Source: Candidatus Methanophagaceae archaeon
GTDB lineage: Archaea; Halobacteriota; Syntropharchaeia; Alkanophagales; Methanospirareceae
Direction: 5' to 3'
Assembly: GCA_003194425.1 (NCBI GenBank)
Contig: PQXB01000001.1
Span: 430,444-462,443, forward strand
DNA: 32,000 bases
The notes beneath the pieces were generated by a model that saw only the letters and a program-made list of their open reading frames with translations, was not told the DNA's origin and searched no databases. Shown piece after piece: positions 1 to 8,830 of this stretch. The position numbers were made by a program, and so were the translations under genes. How positions within the stretch are numbered: position 1 is the first letter of the stretch; every line of letters begins with the position of its first letter.

Positions 1-732
1 GAGGTTTATTCCACGCCGTGCGAACTCGCCCAAAACCTCGTACAACGCTCCAGGTCGGTCTTTCAGGTAAATCAAGACAGAGGTCTTGTCCTTTCCTGTG
101 GGAGCTGTTTCGGTAGCCAAAGAAGAAGAGGAAAGCACGACGAACCTCGTGACGCTTTCTTTGTCCTGCACATTTTCCGCCACAATTTTCAGCCCGTACC
201 TCCGCGCCGCCTCTTCAGACGCCAACGCCGCCGTTCTTCCTTTCTCGTCTTTGGCTGCCAACTTCGCAGCGCTCGCAGTGCTGTCCACGGACTTTATTTT
301 CGCACCCCTCAACTGCTCCCTCAGGAACTGCTTGCACTGTGCCAACGCGTGCGGGTGCGAGACCACAGTTTTTATTTCTGCAAGATTTTTTGGTAAATTT
401 AGTAAAGTTCTTAAAGAAAGGTTTATTTTTATCGGCACCAGCACCTCACCTACAATCCGCAACTCCTCGCCCTCGCCTTCGGCAGTCTCGGCGTTCTCTC
501 TTTCACTCGAAAGCACATCTAAAGTCTCGCCCACCGACCCCTCCAACGAGTTCTCAATCGGGACAATTCCGCAATCCACCTCCCCCCTCAACACGCCCTC
601 GGAGACCCCAAAAATCGTTTCGTAATATTTTATCTCTTCGCCCTCTTCATTTTTTTCCGCTTTTGACAACAACCACAACTCCGCCGCCGCCTCCGAGAAT
701 GTCCCTGCAGGACCCAACACACCTATTTTCAT
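1..732 (-). CDS. pheA: prephenate dehydratase (partial; C-terminus runs off the window start)
   Basis: Open-ended, so absent from the ORF track. Reverse-strand translation from ATG (732..730) gives MKIGVLGPAGTFSEAAAELW. In the same frame are VVSHPHALAQCKQ (codon at 366) and an ACT-like segment TSVLIYLKDRPGALYEVLGEFARRGINL that reaches position 1. The + strand ORFs 86..625 and 339..746 are its shadows. Confidence 0.85.
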   Translation of the reverse strand, partial: MKIGVLGPAGTFSEAAAELWLLSKAEKNEEGEEIKYYETIFGVSEGVLRGEVDCGIVPIENSLEGSVGETLDVLSSERENAETAEGEGEELRIVGEVLVPIKINLSLRTLLNLPKNLAEIKTVVSHPHALAQCKQFLREQLRGAKIKSVDSTASAAKLAAKDEKGRTAALASEEAARRYGLKIVAENVQDKESVTRFVVLSSSSLATETAPTGKDKTSVLIYLKDRPGALYEVLGEFARRGINL

Positions 733-774
733 TTTTTTCTCTCTGACCTCAATTCACTTCCCCCTAACTTAAAC

Positions 775-3051
775 TCACCTCACAAACTTAACAACTCCCC
801 CCCCAGGAGCATAAAGCACCCCCTCCCGCTTCATAACTTCAATCATCTCCTCCGCCTTCTCGCGCTCCGTCCCTTCCTCCTCCGCAGCGTCAAGCACCGC
901 CTCAATCGGCACTTCTTCCCCGTACTCCTTCACCAACTCCTTTATTATTTCGCGAATTGACCTTGCACGGTCTCGGCGTGTCTTCGTCGTCCCGACATTC
1001 ACCCAGTCAGCGTCTAACTTACCTGTCTCGGGGTCGACAAAAACCCGCTTCAAGCAGTAGGTGACCAAATTAATCACGCGTTCGGCGTCCTCAGCCGTTA
1101 TTTTGTCGCTCAGCCGTGCCCTTGCCCTTGCCTCGCCCAGCCGAATCAGTGCCTCTAACTGCCGTGCCGTTACAGGGACAGGAGCGTCCTCGTCCTCGTA
1201 GCTCGGCTGCCGAAGCCCGATGTAAAAGTCCAGAAACTTCTGCTTCGCCTCCTCACTCATCACCGGAAAGACATTCCTCTTGCTCCACGCCACATATTTC
1301 CTTAACAACCCCCCAGCTATTTCAGGCTTCATTCTTTGCATCGCCACCTTGAAATGCTCCTCTCTCTCGGCTCTCTCAGCTCTCTCGGCTCTCTCAGCTC
1401 TCTCACTTCTTTCACCTCTCTCACCTTTCTCAGCTCTCTCACTTCTTTCACCTCTCTCACCTTTCTCAGCTCTCTCACTTCTTTCACCTCTCTCACCTTT
1501 CTCAGCTCTCTCAGCTCTTTCACCTCTTTCACCTCTCTCGCTGCCCGCTTCTCTTCTGCTCCCGCTGCTCCTGTCACCTGGCGTTGCGAGCAGTTCGCCA
1601 ACGTAGTGCGTCTCAATTATGTGCTTCGCAGTCCTCGTGTCAAGTTCTTCGTTCGGTCGGTCTAGCATCGTAAAAATGAGGTCGAACCGCGACAAAAGTG
1701 TGGGAGGCATATTTATCTGCTCTGAAATTGGGGTGTACCTGTCGAACCGCCCGCCTTTCGGGTTCGCCGCAGCCAGCAACGCACACCGCGAGTTTAACCT
1801 TGCCATCATTCCTGCCTTCGCGATGCTCACTGTTTGCTGCTCGATCGCCTCGTGAAGTGCGTCGCGGTCCCGCTTCTCCATCTTGTCGATTTCGTCGACG
1901 GCAGCAATGCCCTTGTCCGCGAGCACCAGCGCACCAGCCTCCAAAGTCCACCGCCCCTCACCGAACTCGTCTTTGACCGCGGCTGCGGTGAGTCCTGCTG
2001 AGGTGCTGCTCTTTCCGCCTGTGTAGAGACCCCGCGGTGCTAACTTCACGAGGTAGGTGAGAAGTTGTGACTTTGCCACTCCCGGGTCGCCGACGAGGAG
2101 CACGTGAATGTCGCCCCGCACTCGAGTTTCGTCAGGCAGTTCTTTAGGAATGCCCGCGAACAACTGCAGAACCATCGCCTCTTTTATCTCCTCGTAGCCG
2201 TAAATTGAAGGAGCGATGCTTTTAATGAGTTTTTCGTACAAGTCCGGCTGCTCCTTAAGCCCCAAAATCTCACGCTCGTCCGCCTCGGTAATCTCAATCT
2301 CCTCGAACTCTTCCTCCTTCACCTCCAACGAATTTCCGTCCAAATAAACCTCAAAGAACGGCATCTTCCCGTACTGCGTCTGCCGCTGGAAAGACCGCAG
2401 AATGCCTGTAACAGCAACGCGGTCGCCAGGTGCGACCACGCCAGAAATGTCGTCCTCCAAATTCACATCCAGCAGTTGCGGTAACTCGCCGCCTCGCAAC
2501 TCCTCAGGCGACTCCTGCAGCCTAATTTTCTGCGAATTCGCGAATTTACAGCGCTCCGTCAGCAGCAGGAAATGCTGCACTTTTCGGTCGCAGGACTCGC
2601 ACTCTGAAGGCTCTTTGAACTGCCTCCCTTTCTGCTCCACTAAAAACTGGTAGCCGCAAAAGGGGCACTCAAACAACGCCTCCGCCACCCGCGGTCGCAC
2701 CTCCGTCACCTTTGTCACCAGCCCCTCGAGGCTCGTCAGTCTGCCAATGTCGCTGCTCCGAACATCGCGAATCTTAAGTTTTCGCGGAAGTTTAATTATG
2801 CGGAGATTTGCCTCGTCGAGCGTAACGCCCGTAGGAATGTCGATTTCCTGCAAAGCCTGCGTTGCGGTGTCTAACGCTGCGTCCGGCTCTTCTAAAACCA
2901 TATTTGCAAGATCCGAGTCGTATTTGTCAATGTCAATGAATTTGACGAAGAGACTACGCTTTTCGGGGTAAGAATTCGAGAGTTCTACGAGCTCGTCCCA
3001 GTAGTACCGCTTCAGAAAGTCCTCCCATTTCTCTGCCAACGCGTCCTGCAT
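775..3051 (-). CDS. mcm: MCM replicative helicase carrying a low-complexity tandem-repeat insert
   Basis: 758 aa. It has a zinc-ribbon CPFCG...CESCD, Walker A GDPGVAKSQ, Walker B AAVDEIDKM and arginine finger SRFDLIF, followed by a C-terminal winged-helix-like tail. The insert (AEKGERGERSER x3 plus ERAE runs) lies between HIIETHY and LLRKYVAWSKRN. Confidence 0.95.
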   Translation of the reverse strand: MQDALAEKWEDFLKRYYWDELVELSNSYPEKRSLFVKFIDIDKYDSDLANMVLEEPDAALDTATQALQEIDIPTGVTLDEANLRIIKLPRKLKIRDVRSSDIGRLTSLEGLVTKVTEVRPRVAEALFECPFCGYQFLVEQKGRQFKEPSECESCDRKVQHFLLLTERCKFANSQKIRLQESPEELRGGELPQLLDVNLEDDISGVVAPGDRVAVTGILRSFQRQTQYGKMPFFEVYLDGNSLEVKEEEFEEIEITEADEREILGLKEQPDLYEKLIKSIAPSIYGYEEIKEAMVLQLFAGIPKELPDETRVRGDIHVLLVGDPGVAKSQLLTYLVKLAPRGLYTGGKSSTSAGLTAAAVKDEFGEGRWTLEAGALVLADKGIAAVDEIDKMEKRDRDALHEAIEQQTVSIAKAGMMARLNSRCALLAAANPKGGRFDRYTPISEQINMPPTLLSRFDLIFTMLDRPNEELDTRTAKHIIETHYVGELLATPGDRSSGSRREAGSERGERGERAERAEKGERGERSERAEKGERGERSERAEKGERGERSERAERAERAERAEREEHFKVAMQRMKPEIAGGLLRKYVAWSKRNVFPVMSEEAKQKFLDFYIGLRQPSYEDEDAPVPVTARQLEALIRLGEARARARLSDKITAEDAERVINLVTYCLKRVFVDPETGKLDADWVNVGTTKTRRDRARSIREIIKELVKEYGEEVPIEAVLDAAEEEGTEREKAEEMIEVMKREGVLYAPGGGVVKFVR
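1361..1540. repeat. in-frame tandem repeat inside mcm: 36-bp unit x3 perfect (1395..1502) flanked by degenerate 9/18-bp copies
   Basis: The unit cagctctctcacttctttcacctctctcacctttct occurs identically at 1395, 1431 and 1467. The tract is pyrimidine-rich on + and therefore purine-rich on the mcm sense strand. All frames are open across it, which explains track ORFs 1280..1606, 1329..1616 and 1336..1665. Confidence 0.95.
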
Positions 3052-3088
3052 CTTTTTTTAGTTCTTTAGAAGACTAAAAGAAGTGTAG

Positions 3089-3131
3089 AGAAAAAGTGCA
3101 TAAGAAAAAGTGCAAAAAAAGTGCAAAAAAA
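3089..3131. repeat. imperfect intergenic repeat (aaaaagtgca x3) directly upstream of the aroA start
   Basis: aaaaagtgca occurs at 3091 and 3105, and a variant aaaaaagtgca at 3115. The tract lies in the divergent mcm/aroA spacer and produces the spurious MHKKKCKKSAKK extension in the ORF track. Confidence 0.6.
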
Positions 3132-4523
3132 ATGAGAGTAAAGGTGCAGGGCGGGGTGAGGTTAAAAGGCGAGGTGAACGCACCGCCGTCCAAAAGCTAC
3201 ACGCACCGAGCGGTTGCAGTGGCGGCGCTGGCGGAGGGGAAGAGCGAAGTTCTTTTCCCGCTCGTCTCAGAGGACACGAAAGCCACATTTAACGCTGCAG
3301 AATGCTTGGGTGCTGTTGTTGAGTACGACGAGTCTGCGAGGCGGTTGAGAGTGAGAGGCGTCGCAGGGAAGCCAAGAGCACCCGAGGACGTGCTAAACGC
3401 CGAGAACTCGGGGACTACTCTGCGGTTCTTCACTGCAATTTCCGGGTTGTGCAGCGACCCAGCGACCGCTGTGGCTACGGTTCTGACTGGCGACGCGTCG
3501 TTGAGAACGCGACCAAACGCACCGCTGCTCAAGTCGCTGAACGAACTTGGTTCAGAGGCTTACAGCACGAAAGGGGACGGGACCGCGCCCTTAGTAGTAA
3601 AAGGCGGGCTGAAAGGCGGTGAAACGACCCTCGACGGCTCTGTCAGTTCGCAGTTCGTCTCTGCACTGCTTCTTGCGTGCCCGCTTGCAGAGAGGGACAC
3701 ACACATTCTCGCAAAGAACCTTGCCTCTGTGCCTTACACGAAAATGACGCTCGAGGTTTTGGAGCAGGCGGGGGTGGAGATTCCTTTCTCTCGCTCTCGC
3801 TCGTCAGGTTCCGGCGATTTTTCCTTTCAAGTCGCAGGAGGGCGAAAATATGAGTTGCGGAGGTTCGTGGTGCCTGGCGACTTCTCTTCCGCCTCTTACC
3901 TCCTGGCTGCTGCGGCAGTTACCGACTCTGAAGTGCGGGTGAGGAACTTGTTCCCGTCGGCGCAGGGCGACGCCAGAATCGTGGAGGTTTTGAAGGAAAT
4001 GGGAGTAGAGGTAAAATGGGAGAAGGAGCGGGGTGTTGTGAGTGTGCGAGGAAGGGTAGCGGAAAAGGGGAAATTAAAATTAAAAGGGCTGAAGGTGGAA
4101 CTGCGGGAGAACCCGGACTTGGTGCCGACGGTCGCGGTCCTGGGTGCTCTTGCCGAGGGCATGACTGAAATAACAGGGGTTGCTCACTTGCGGTACAAGG
4201 AGACGGACAGGTTGCGGCTTCTGACCGAGGAGTTGGGGAAAATGGGTGCGCGGGTGGAGGAGAGGCAGGACGGGCTGCTAGTTGCGGGGAAGGAAGGAGA
4301 GGCATTAAAACCCGCAAAAGTCAATTCGCACGGCGACCACAGGTTGGCGATGGCACTCTGCGTTGCAGGTCTTTCGGCTTCGGCTGGCAGTAGTGCGAGT
4401 GCGGGTGCGGAAGAGACGGTTGTAGAGGGCGCAGAATGTGCTAAAGTCTCTTACCCTTCGTTCTTTGAGGATTTGGTTAGTTTGGGGGTTAGTTTGGGTG
4501 CGGAGGTAAAGAGCGAGGAGTAG
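3132..4523 (+). CDS. aroA: 3-phosphoshikimate 1-carboxyvinyltransferase (EPSP synthase)
   Basis: ATG at 3132 gives MRVKVQGGVRLKGEVNAPPSKSYTHRAVAVAALAEG. LNAENSGTTLRF, VSSQFVSALLLA, ETDRL and HGDHRLAMA are typical EPSP synthase motifs. The GTG at 3096 used in the track lies inside an A-rich repeat and is unlikely to be the real start. Confidence 0.9.
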   Translation: MRVKVQGGVRLKGEVNAPPSKSYTHRAVAVAALAEGKSEVLFPLVSEDTKATFNAAECLGAVVEYDESARRLRVRGVAGKPRAPEDVLNAENSGTTLRFFTAISGLCSDPATAVATVLTGDASLRTRPNAPLLKSLNELGSEAYSTKGDGTAPLVVKGGLKGGETTLDGSVSSQFVSALLLACPLAERDTHILAKNLASVPYTKMTLEVLEQAGVEIPFSRSRSSGSGDFSFQVAGGRKYELRRFVVPGDFSSASYLLAAAAVTDSEVRVRNLFPSAQGDARIVEVLKEMGVEVKWEKERGVVSVRGRVAEKGKLKLKGLKVELRENPDLVPTVAVLGALAEGMTEITGVAHLRYKETDRLRLLTEELGKMGARVEERQDGLLVAGKEGEALKPAKVNSHGDHRLAMALCVAGLSASAGSSASAGAEETVVEGAECAKVSYPSFFEDLVSLGVSLGAEVKSEE

Positions 4524-4601
4524 TGAGGGGTAAAGAGCGAGGAGTAGTGAGGAGTAGAGTAGAAATAGCGAGGAGTAGAGTAGAAAAGGGGTAGAAAAGG
4601 G
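4505..4601. repeat. tandem duplication of the aroA 3-prime end including its stop codon (24 bp x2), followed by nested 21/17/11-bp repeats
   Basis: ggtaaagagcgaggagtagtgagg occurs at 4505..4528 and again at 4529..4552. The first copy holds the aroA TAG at 4521..4523. It is followed by agtagagtagaaatagcgagg, agtagagtagaaaaggg and gtagaaaaggg. The tract fills the aroA-helicase spacer. Confidence 0.9.
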
Positions 4602-4613
4602 GTGAAGCGAAAA

Positions 4614-6659
4614 ATGGACGAGAACGAGTACGTAAGGCATTTCACGGAACTCGTGGAGTTGGAGCGAGAGGAGGAGATGCGACTGCACGAGGAGGAGATG
4701 CAGCGGTTGAGCGGCAGGGAGCGGGAAGAGAAGGGCAGGGCGTTTCTGCGAATGCGTGGGAAGTCACAGGGCTTGGGGCTTGGCGGGAAGCACTTGGTGA
4801 AGTTTAGAAAACAGAACGCAGGGGGCGGTCCCACACACACGCAGGCACTGCCCGGACCCGCTGCACTACCCGAGAGCGAAATTGAGGTGGGGGACCTCGT
4901 TCTGGTGAGCAGGCCCGGAACGAAGCCGTGGGACGAGGGGAACCCGACGGGGACGGTTGCAGAGAAGACCGCTTACTCGGTCACTGTTGCCTTTGACGAC
5001 TTCCCGCCGGGGTTTGTTTTTCGTAAGGACCTCAGGATTGACCTCTTTGTGAACGACATCACTTTTCAGCGGATGCTTGAGGCGTTGAAGCGGTTTAAGA
5101 GACTGCCGAAGCGGAGGAAGGAGAAACTGCTGGGTAAGGCGACGCCTGATTTTGAGGAGGTTGGAGTTGGAGTTGGTGGAGGGGACGGGGAAGGGAAGGG
5201 AGAAGGGAAGTTGGAATTTCTTAACCCAAGACTGAACAAAAGCCAACAAGAAGCGGTTTCGAAGTGTTTGGCGGCACGAGACTTCTTCCTAATTCACGGT
5301 CCGCCGGGGACAGGGAAGACGATTACTTGCGTGGAGGTCGTGGTGCAACTTCTCGACCGAGGCTACAAGGGTCTGGCAGCCGCGGACTCGAATGTGGCGG
5401 TGGACAACTTGGTTGAGCGGCTGGACAAAATAGGCGTGCGGGTGGTGCGGGTTGGGCACCCAGCACGCGTAATTCCTTCCCTGCGGCGGCGGACCCTTGA
5501 CTACCTGGTTCAAGACGAGCCAGAGTACCAGCAGTCGCAGGAGCTCAGGAAGCGGGCGTTTGAGCTGAAGGAGAGCGTGAAATTCCCGGAAATGCGGTGG
5601 CGGCGGGGCTTGAGCGACGAGGAAATAATTCAGCTCGCGACCGAGGGCAGGACGACACGAGGAATCCCACTGCACAAAATAGAGGAAATGCAGGGCTGGG
5701 TTGGGCAGAAGCAGGAAATAGACAGCCTGTTCAGCGAGGCGAGGGAACTGGAGGAGCAGGCGGTGAGGAAGATTATTCAGAAGGCAGAGGTGGTCTGTGC
5801 AACGAACAGCACGGTGGGTTCAGAGATTCTCAAGGGTGTGAAGTTTGATTTCGCGGTCATCGACGAGGCGACGCAGTCCACTGAACCGTCTGCTTTAATT
5901 CCTGTGCTCAGGGCGAAGCGATTTGTTATGGCTGGCGACCACAAGCAGCTTCCTCCCACGGTCTTGAACGAGGACGCAGCGAGGCGGAACCTGAGCAAGA
6001 GCCTCTTTGAACGGCTCTTGGAAATGCACGGGGACAAGATTCGGGTTATGCTTGAGGTTCAGTACCGAATGAACGAGGAGATTGCCGCGTTTCCGAGTAG
6101 GGAGTTCTACGGCGGTCGGCTAAAGGCGGACGAGAGCGTAAAGAGACGGAGCCTGGCTCCGTGGGAGGCGGAGGCTGGAAGCCCGTTCTTGTTTCTTGAC
6201 ACAGGGGGCGGCGAGAAGTTCAAGGAGCGGACACGAAGAGGGTCTACGTCCAAGCAGAACCAAGGAGAGGCGGAATTGGTTAAGGAGCTCGCAGAACGGT
6301 TCTTGAGTTTGGGTGTGAAACCGGAGGAGATTGCAATTATTTCACCTTACGAGGACCAGGTCGCTCTTATTCGAAAACTGCTCAAAGTGGAAGGGCTGGA
6401 GATAAAAACGGTGGACGGGTTTCAGGGTCGCGAGAAAGAGGTCGTGCTTGTCTCGTTCGTGAGGAGTAACGAGAGAGGCGAGGTCGGATTTTTACGCGAC
6501 CTGCGGCGGCTGAATGTCTCGATAACGAGAGCGAAGAGGAAGTTGGTCTTGATTGGAGATTCCAGCACGCTTGAAAGTGAGGGCTGCTACCGGCGGCTTG
6601 TTGCGTCGGCGAAGGAGCAAGGGGCGTATAAAAAAGGCGAAATAATTTTTTGGGGGTAA
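4614..6659 (+). CDS. Superfamily 1 helicase, Upf1/IGHMBP2/DNA2-like
   Basis: Walker A HGPPGTGKT, Walker B VIDEATQS, plus GDHKQLPPTV, LEVQYRMNEEI, VDGFQGREKEVV and NVSITRAKRKLVLIGD. ATG 4614 is preferred over GTG 4602. A small GVGVGGGDGEGKGEGK insert is encoded by ttggag and gggaag repeats at about 5158..5212. Confidence 0.85.
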   Translation: MDENEYVRHFTELVELEREEEMRLHEEEMQRLSGREREEKGRAFLRMRGKSQGLGLGGKHLVKFRKQNAGGGPTHTQALPGPAALPESEIEVGDLVLVSRPGTKPWDEGNPTGTVAEKTAYSVTVAFDDFPPGFVFRKDLRIDLFVNDITFQRMLEALKRFKRLPKRRKEKLLGKATPDFEEVGVGVGGGDGEGKGEGKLEFLNPRLNKSQQEAVSKCLAARDFFLIHGPPGTGKTITCVEVVVQLLDRGYKGLAAADSNVAVDNLVERLDKIGVRVVRVGHPARVIPSLRRRTLDYLVQDEPEYQQSQELRKRAFELKESVKFPEMRWRRGLSDEEIIQLATEGRTTRGIPLHKIEEMQGWVGQKQEIDSLFSEARELEEQAVRKIIQKAEVVCATNSTVGSEILKGVKFDFAVIDEATQSTEPSALIPVLRAKRFVMAGDHKQLPPTVLNEDAARRNLSKSLFERLLEMHGDKIRVMLEVQYRMNEEIAAFPSREFYGGRLKADESVKRRSLAPWEAEAGSPFLFLDTGGGEKFKERTRRGSTSKQNQGEAELVKELAERFLSLGVKPEEIAIISPYEDQVALIRKLLKVEGLEIKTVDGFQGREKEVVLVSFVRSNERGEVGFLRDLRRLNVSITRAKRKLVLIGDSSTLESEGCYRRLVASAKEQGAYKKGEIIFWG

Positions 6660-7976
6660 CTAAATCTGCCGCAGTGCGTCCAGAGGGTTCAGCCTCGCCG
6701 CCCGTCTCGCAGGGTACAAGCCCGAGACGACCGAAAGGACGAGTGAAAACGCGAACCCCACCGCCAGGATCTCGGGTGTGACTGCAGTGATGCTGCCCGC
6801 CTGCAACCCCGCACCAAGCCCCAACTCGCCACCGCCTCCCGCTCCTCCGCCGCCACCCAAAGCACTTACCAGAAACGGCTTGCCCACGGCGTCAATCAGC
6901 CACGCGAAGCAGAGACCGAGCAGGTCGCCGAGAATCCCGCCCAGCACGCCGATGATCACGCACTCTGCAAGAAACATTTTTAAAATGTCAGAGTCTGACG
7001 CCCCGAGCGCCTTTGAAAGCCCGATTTCTTTCGTCCGCTCGTAGACCGAAATAATCATCGTATTCACGACCATTAACGCACCGACGACGAGCGAGATTCC
7101 GGAGAAGAAGCCCAAAACCACCGTAACCGCCAGCATCAGCCTGTTCACCTCGTCAATCACATCCTGCGCCGAGTGAGCGCTTAACCCCAGCCCCTCCACC
7201 CTCGCCCGCACCGAACCCGCGAAAGCAGGGTCGTCCACTTTCACAAAGACGCCGTCGTAAGCCTCTTTCTCGTCCAACTCCTTCGCCCTCGCGATTGCGA
7301 CGAAGACTTGGTTGTCGTGCTCGTCCGCAGACGACTTCAGTCTGCCCACGATTTTGAAGACCGCGGGTTTGTCCTTCGGGTGCCCCCCCCACCCCTGCCC
7401 CTCCTGTCCTTGCCCCTCTCCGCCCGTGCCTCCGCCGTACTCGTCGTACAGCCTGATTTTGACTGCGAACTCGTCGCCTACCTCCAAGCCCTCAACCAGT
7501 GCCAGCCGCTTCGCAACGCCGTAGCCCAACACAACTTCATTACTACCCTCTCCTTCTCCCTTGTCAAACCACCGCCCCTCCGCCAATTCCAGACCGTGCC
7601 CCTGAACGCGTCGGTAGTCTGGCGAGACGCCCGTAACCGCAAGGTAGGTGTTGTTCTGCGTAACGAAGGCGTCCTTCACGAACGGCGCCACGAACAAGAC
7701 GTGCTTCTCCGCTTCAATCGCTTTTAATTTGGAATCCGTGATTAGCGTAACGCTTCCCGTCCCCTGCTCTACGCCTGCCGAGACCGCTACAGTGGTCAAG
7801 TCGTGCGAAGCCTTAATCTGCTCAACCGCCTGAACGCGAATCCCTTCGCCCAACGAGGTCACGCCGATCACCGCTGCAACGCCGATTGCGATGCCCAGCA
7901 CGATGAGAAAGACACGCAATTTCTTCCGCCCCAACTGCCTGCACGCCAGCGCAAACAAGTCTTTCATCGCGGTCAC
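6660..7976 (-). CDS. ABC transporter permease, MacB/FtsX family
   Basis: 438 aa. An N-terminal TM helix is followed by a MacB-like extracytoplasmic domain and a C-terminal FtsX-type 3-TM bundle (YERTKEIGLSKALGAS). It overlaps the ATPase gene by 4 nt. There are G-rich low-complexity inserts GGGTGGEGQGQEGQGWGG and GGGGGAGGGGELGLGAGLQAG. Confidence 0.85.
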   Translation of the reverse strand: MTAMKDLFALACRQLGRKKLRVFLIVLGIAIGVAAVIGVTSLGEGIRVQAVEQIKASHDLTTVAVSAGVEQGTGSVTLITDSKLKAIEAEKHVLFVAPFVKDAFVTQNNTYLAVTGVSPDYRRVQGHGLELAEGRWFDKGEGEGSNEVVLGYGVAKRLALVEGLEVGDEFAVKIRLYDEYGGGTGGEGQGQEGQGWGGHPKDKPAVFKIVGRLKSSADEHDNQVFVAIARAKELDEKEAYDGVFVKVDDPAFAGSVRARVEGLGLSAHSAQDVIDEVNRLMLAVTVVLGFFSGISLVVGALMVVNTMIISVYERTKEIGLSKALGASDSDILKMFLAECVIIGVLGGILGDLLGLCFAWLIDAVGKPFLVSALGGGGGAGGGGELGLGAGLQAGSITAVTPEILAVGFAFSLVLSVVSGLYPARRAARLNPLDALRQI

Positions 7977-8755
7977 TGTAGCCTCCCGTCAAGCCTCCCG
8001 TCCGAAATTCTTCCGTCCAAAATTTCAACTACCTTGCCCGTTCTCTTCGCCGACTCCAAATCGTGCGTCACCATCACAACCGTCTTCCCCTCTTCGTCGT
8101 TCAGCCGCTTGAGCAACTCCAAAATCTTCGCCCCTGTCCGCGAATCGAGGTTCCCGGTAGGCTCGTCCGCCAGAATAATCTTTGGGTCGTTAGCGAGCGC
8201 CCTCGCAACTGCGATTCGTTGCTGCTCCCCTCCTGAGAGTTCAGACGGCAGGTGCTCGACGCGGCTCCCTAAACCTACCCGCTCCAACAACCGCCTCGCC
8301 TTCGCTCTCCTCTCACTTCTACTCTCACTTCTGCTCTCGCTTCTGCCCTCGCTTCTGCTCTCGCTTCTGCCCTCTCCCTTCCTCTTTCCTCTGCCCTCTC
8401 CCTTCTTCTTTTCCCTCGTGTTGAAAATCATCGGGTACACCACATTCTCGACCGCGTTCAACGTAGGCAGCAAATTAAAAGTCTGAAATACAAAGCCCAC
8501 AACTTTCCGACGCAACGCCACCAGCGACCTCTTATTCTTGTAGTCCACCTGCTCGCCGTCCAGAAAAACCGCTCCTCCGGTCGGTGCGTCCAGGCATCCG
8601 AGAACATTTAGAAGCGTTGATTTCCCAGAGCCCGAGGGTCCCACGATTGAAACGAACTCGCCCGCTTCTACCCCCAAATTTACACCGTCCAACGCAGCCA
8701 CTTTCTCCCTGCCCAACCAATAATATTTTCTCAACCCCCTCGTCTCAATAATCAT
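7973..8755 (-). CDS. ABC transporter ATP-binding protein, MacB/LolD-like, with a repeat insert
   Basis: ATG at 8755 gives MIIETRGLRKYY. Walker A GPSGSGKST, signature LSGGEQQRIAVARAL, Walker B ILADEPTGNLD and H-loop MVTHD are present. The insert KKKGEGRGKRKGEGRSESRSEGRSESRSESRSE sits before the RRLLERVGL helix. The track start (TTG 8803) lies in an intergenic repeat. Confidence 0.9.
   Translation of the reverse strand: MIIETRGLRKYYWLGREKVAALDGVNLGVEAGEFVSIVGPSGSGKSTLLNVLGCLDAPTGGAVFLDGEQVDYKNKRSLVALRRKVVGFVFQTFNLLPTLNAVENVVYPMIFNTREKKKGEGRGKRKGEGRSESRSEGRSESRSESRSERRAKARRLLERVGLGSRVEHLPSELSGGEQQRIAVARALANDPKIILADEPTGNLDSRTGAKILELLKRLNDEEGKTVVMVTHDLESAKRTGKVVEILDGRISDGRLDGRLQ
8310..8417. repeat. 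in-frame tandem repeat in the ABC ATPase gene: 12-bp unit x5, then a 24-bp unit x2
   Basis: Successive 12-mers sit at 8310, 8322, 8334, 8346 and 8358: ctctcacttcta, ctctcacttctg, ctctcgcttctg, ccctcgcttctg, ctctcgcttctg. They are followed by ccctctcccttcctctttcctctg and ccctctcccttcttcttttccctc. Confidence 0.9.
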
Positions 8756-8782
8756 TTCATTTATTTCTTCTCTCAAAAAAAT

Positions 8783-8828
8783 TTCTGACTTAAATGAAGT
8801 CAAACTTCTGACTTAAATGAAGTCAAAC
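8783..8828. promoter_or_regulatory. 23-bp unit x2, each containing the palindrome TGACTT-N5-AAGTCA; candidate operator in the divergent ABC/trpA spacer
   Basis: ttctgacttaaatgaagtcaaac occurs at 8783..8805 and identically at 8806..8828. The arms tgactt and aagtca are exact reverse complements. Confidence 0.45.
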
Positions 8829-8830
8829 AA

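Noticed and set aside
86-746. Plus-strand ORFs 86..625 (179 aa) and 339..746 (135 aa) from the track
   Set aside because: Their translations are S/P/T/A-rich nonsense. The opposite strand reads as a clean prephenate dehydratase with GPAGTFS, SHPHALAQC and ACT-domain motifs in one continuous frame.
1361-1540. Possibility that the MCM insert is an intein
   Set aside because: There are no splice-junction residues, no block A/B/F/G motifs and no homing endonuclease. The sequence is a simple tandem repeat.
1280-1665. Three overlapping ORFs (1280..1606 +, 1329..1616 -, 1336..1665 +) inside mcm
   Set aside because: They exist only because the 36-bp repeat tract lacks stop codons in several frames. 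Their products are pure repeat peptides (LSALSALS, REVKEVRELRK). The mcm frame is the one flanked by conserved helicase sequence.
3096-3131. Longer N-terminus for aroA (GTG 3096, MHKKKCKKSAKK)
   Set aside because: The extension is the translation of an A-rich intergenic repeat. The conserved EPSP synthase N-terminus begins at ATG 3132.
8756-8803. Longer N-terminus for the ABC ATPase (TTG 8803)
   Set aside because: The extra 16 codons fall in the 23-bp intergenic repeat and AT-rich promoter region. ATG 8755 gives the canonical MIIETRGL... start of this ATPase family.
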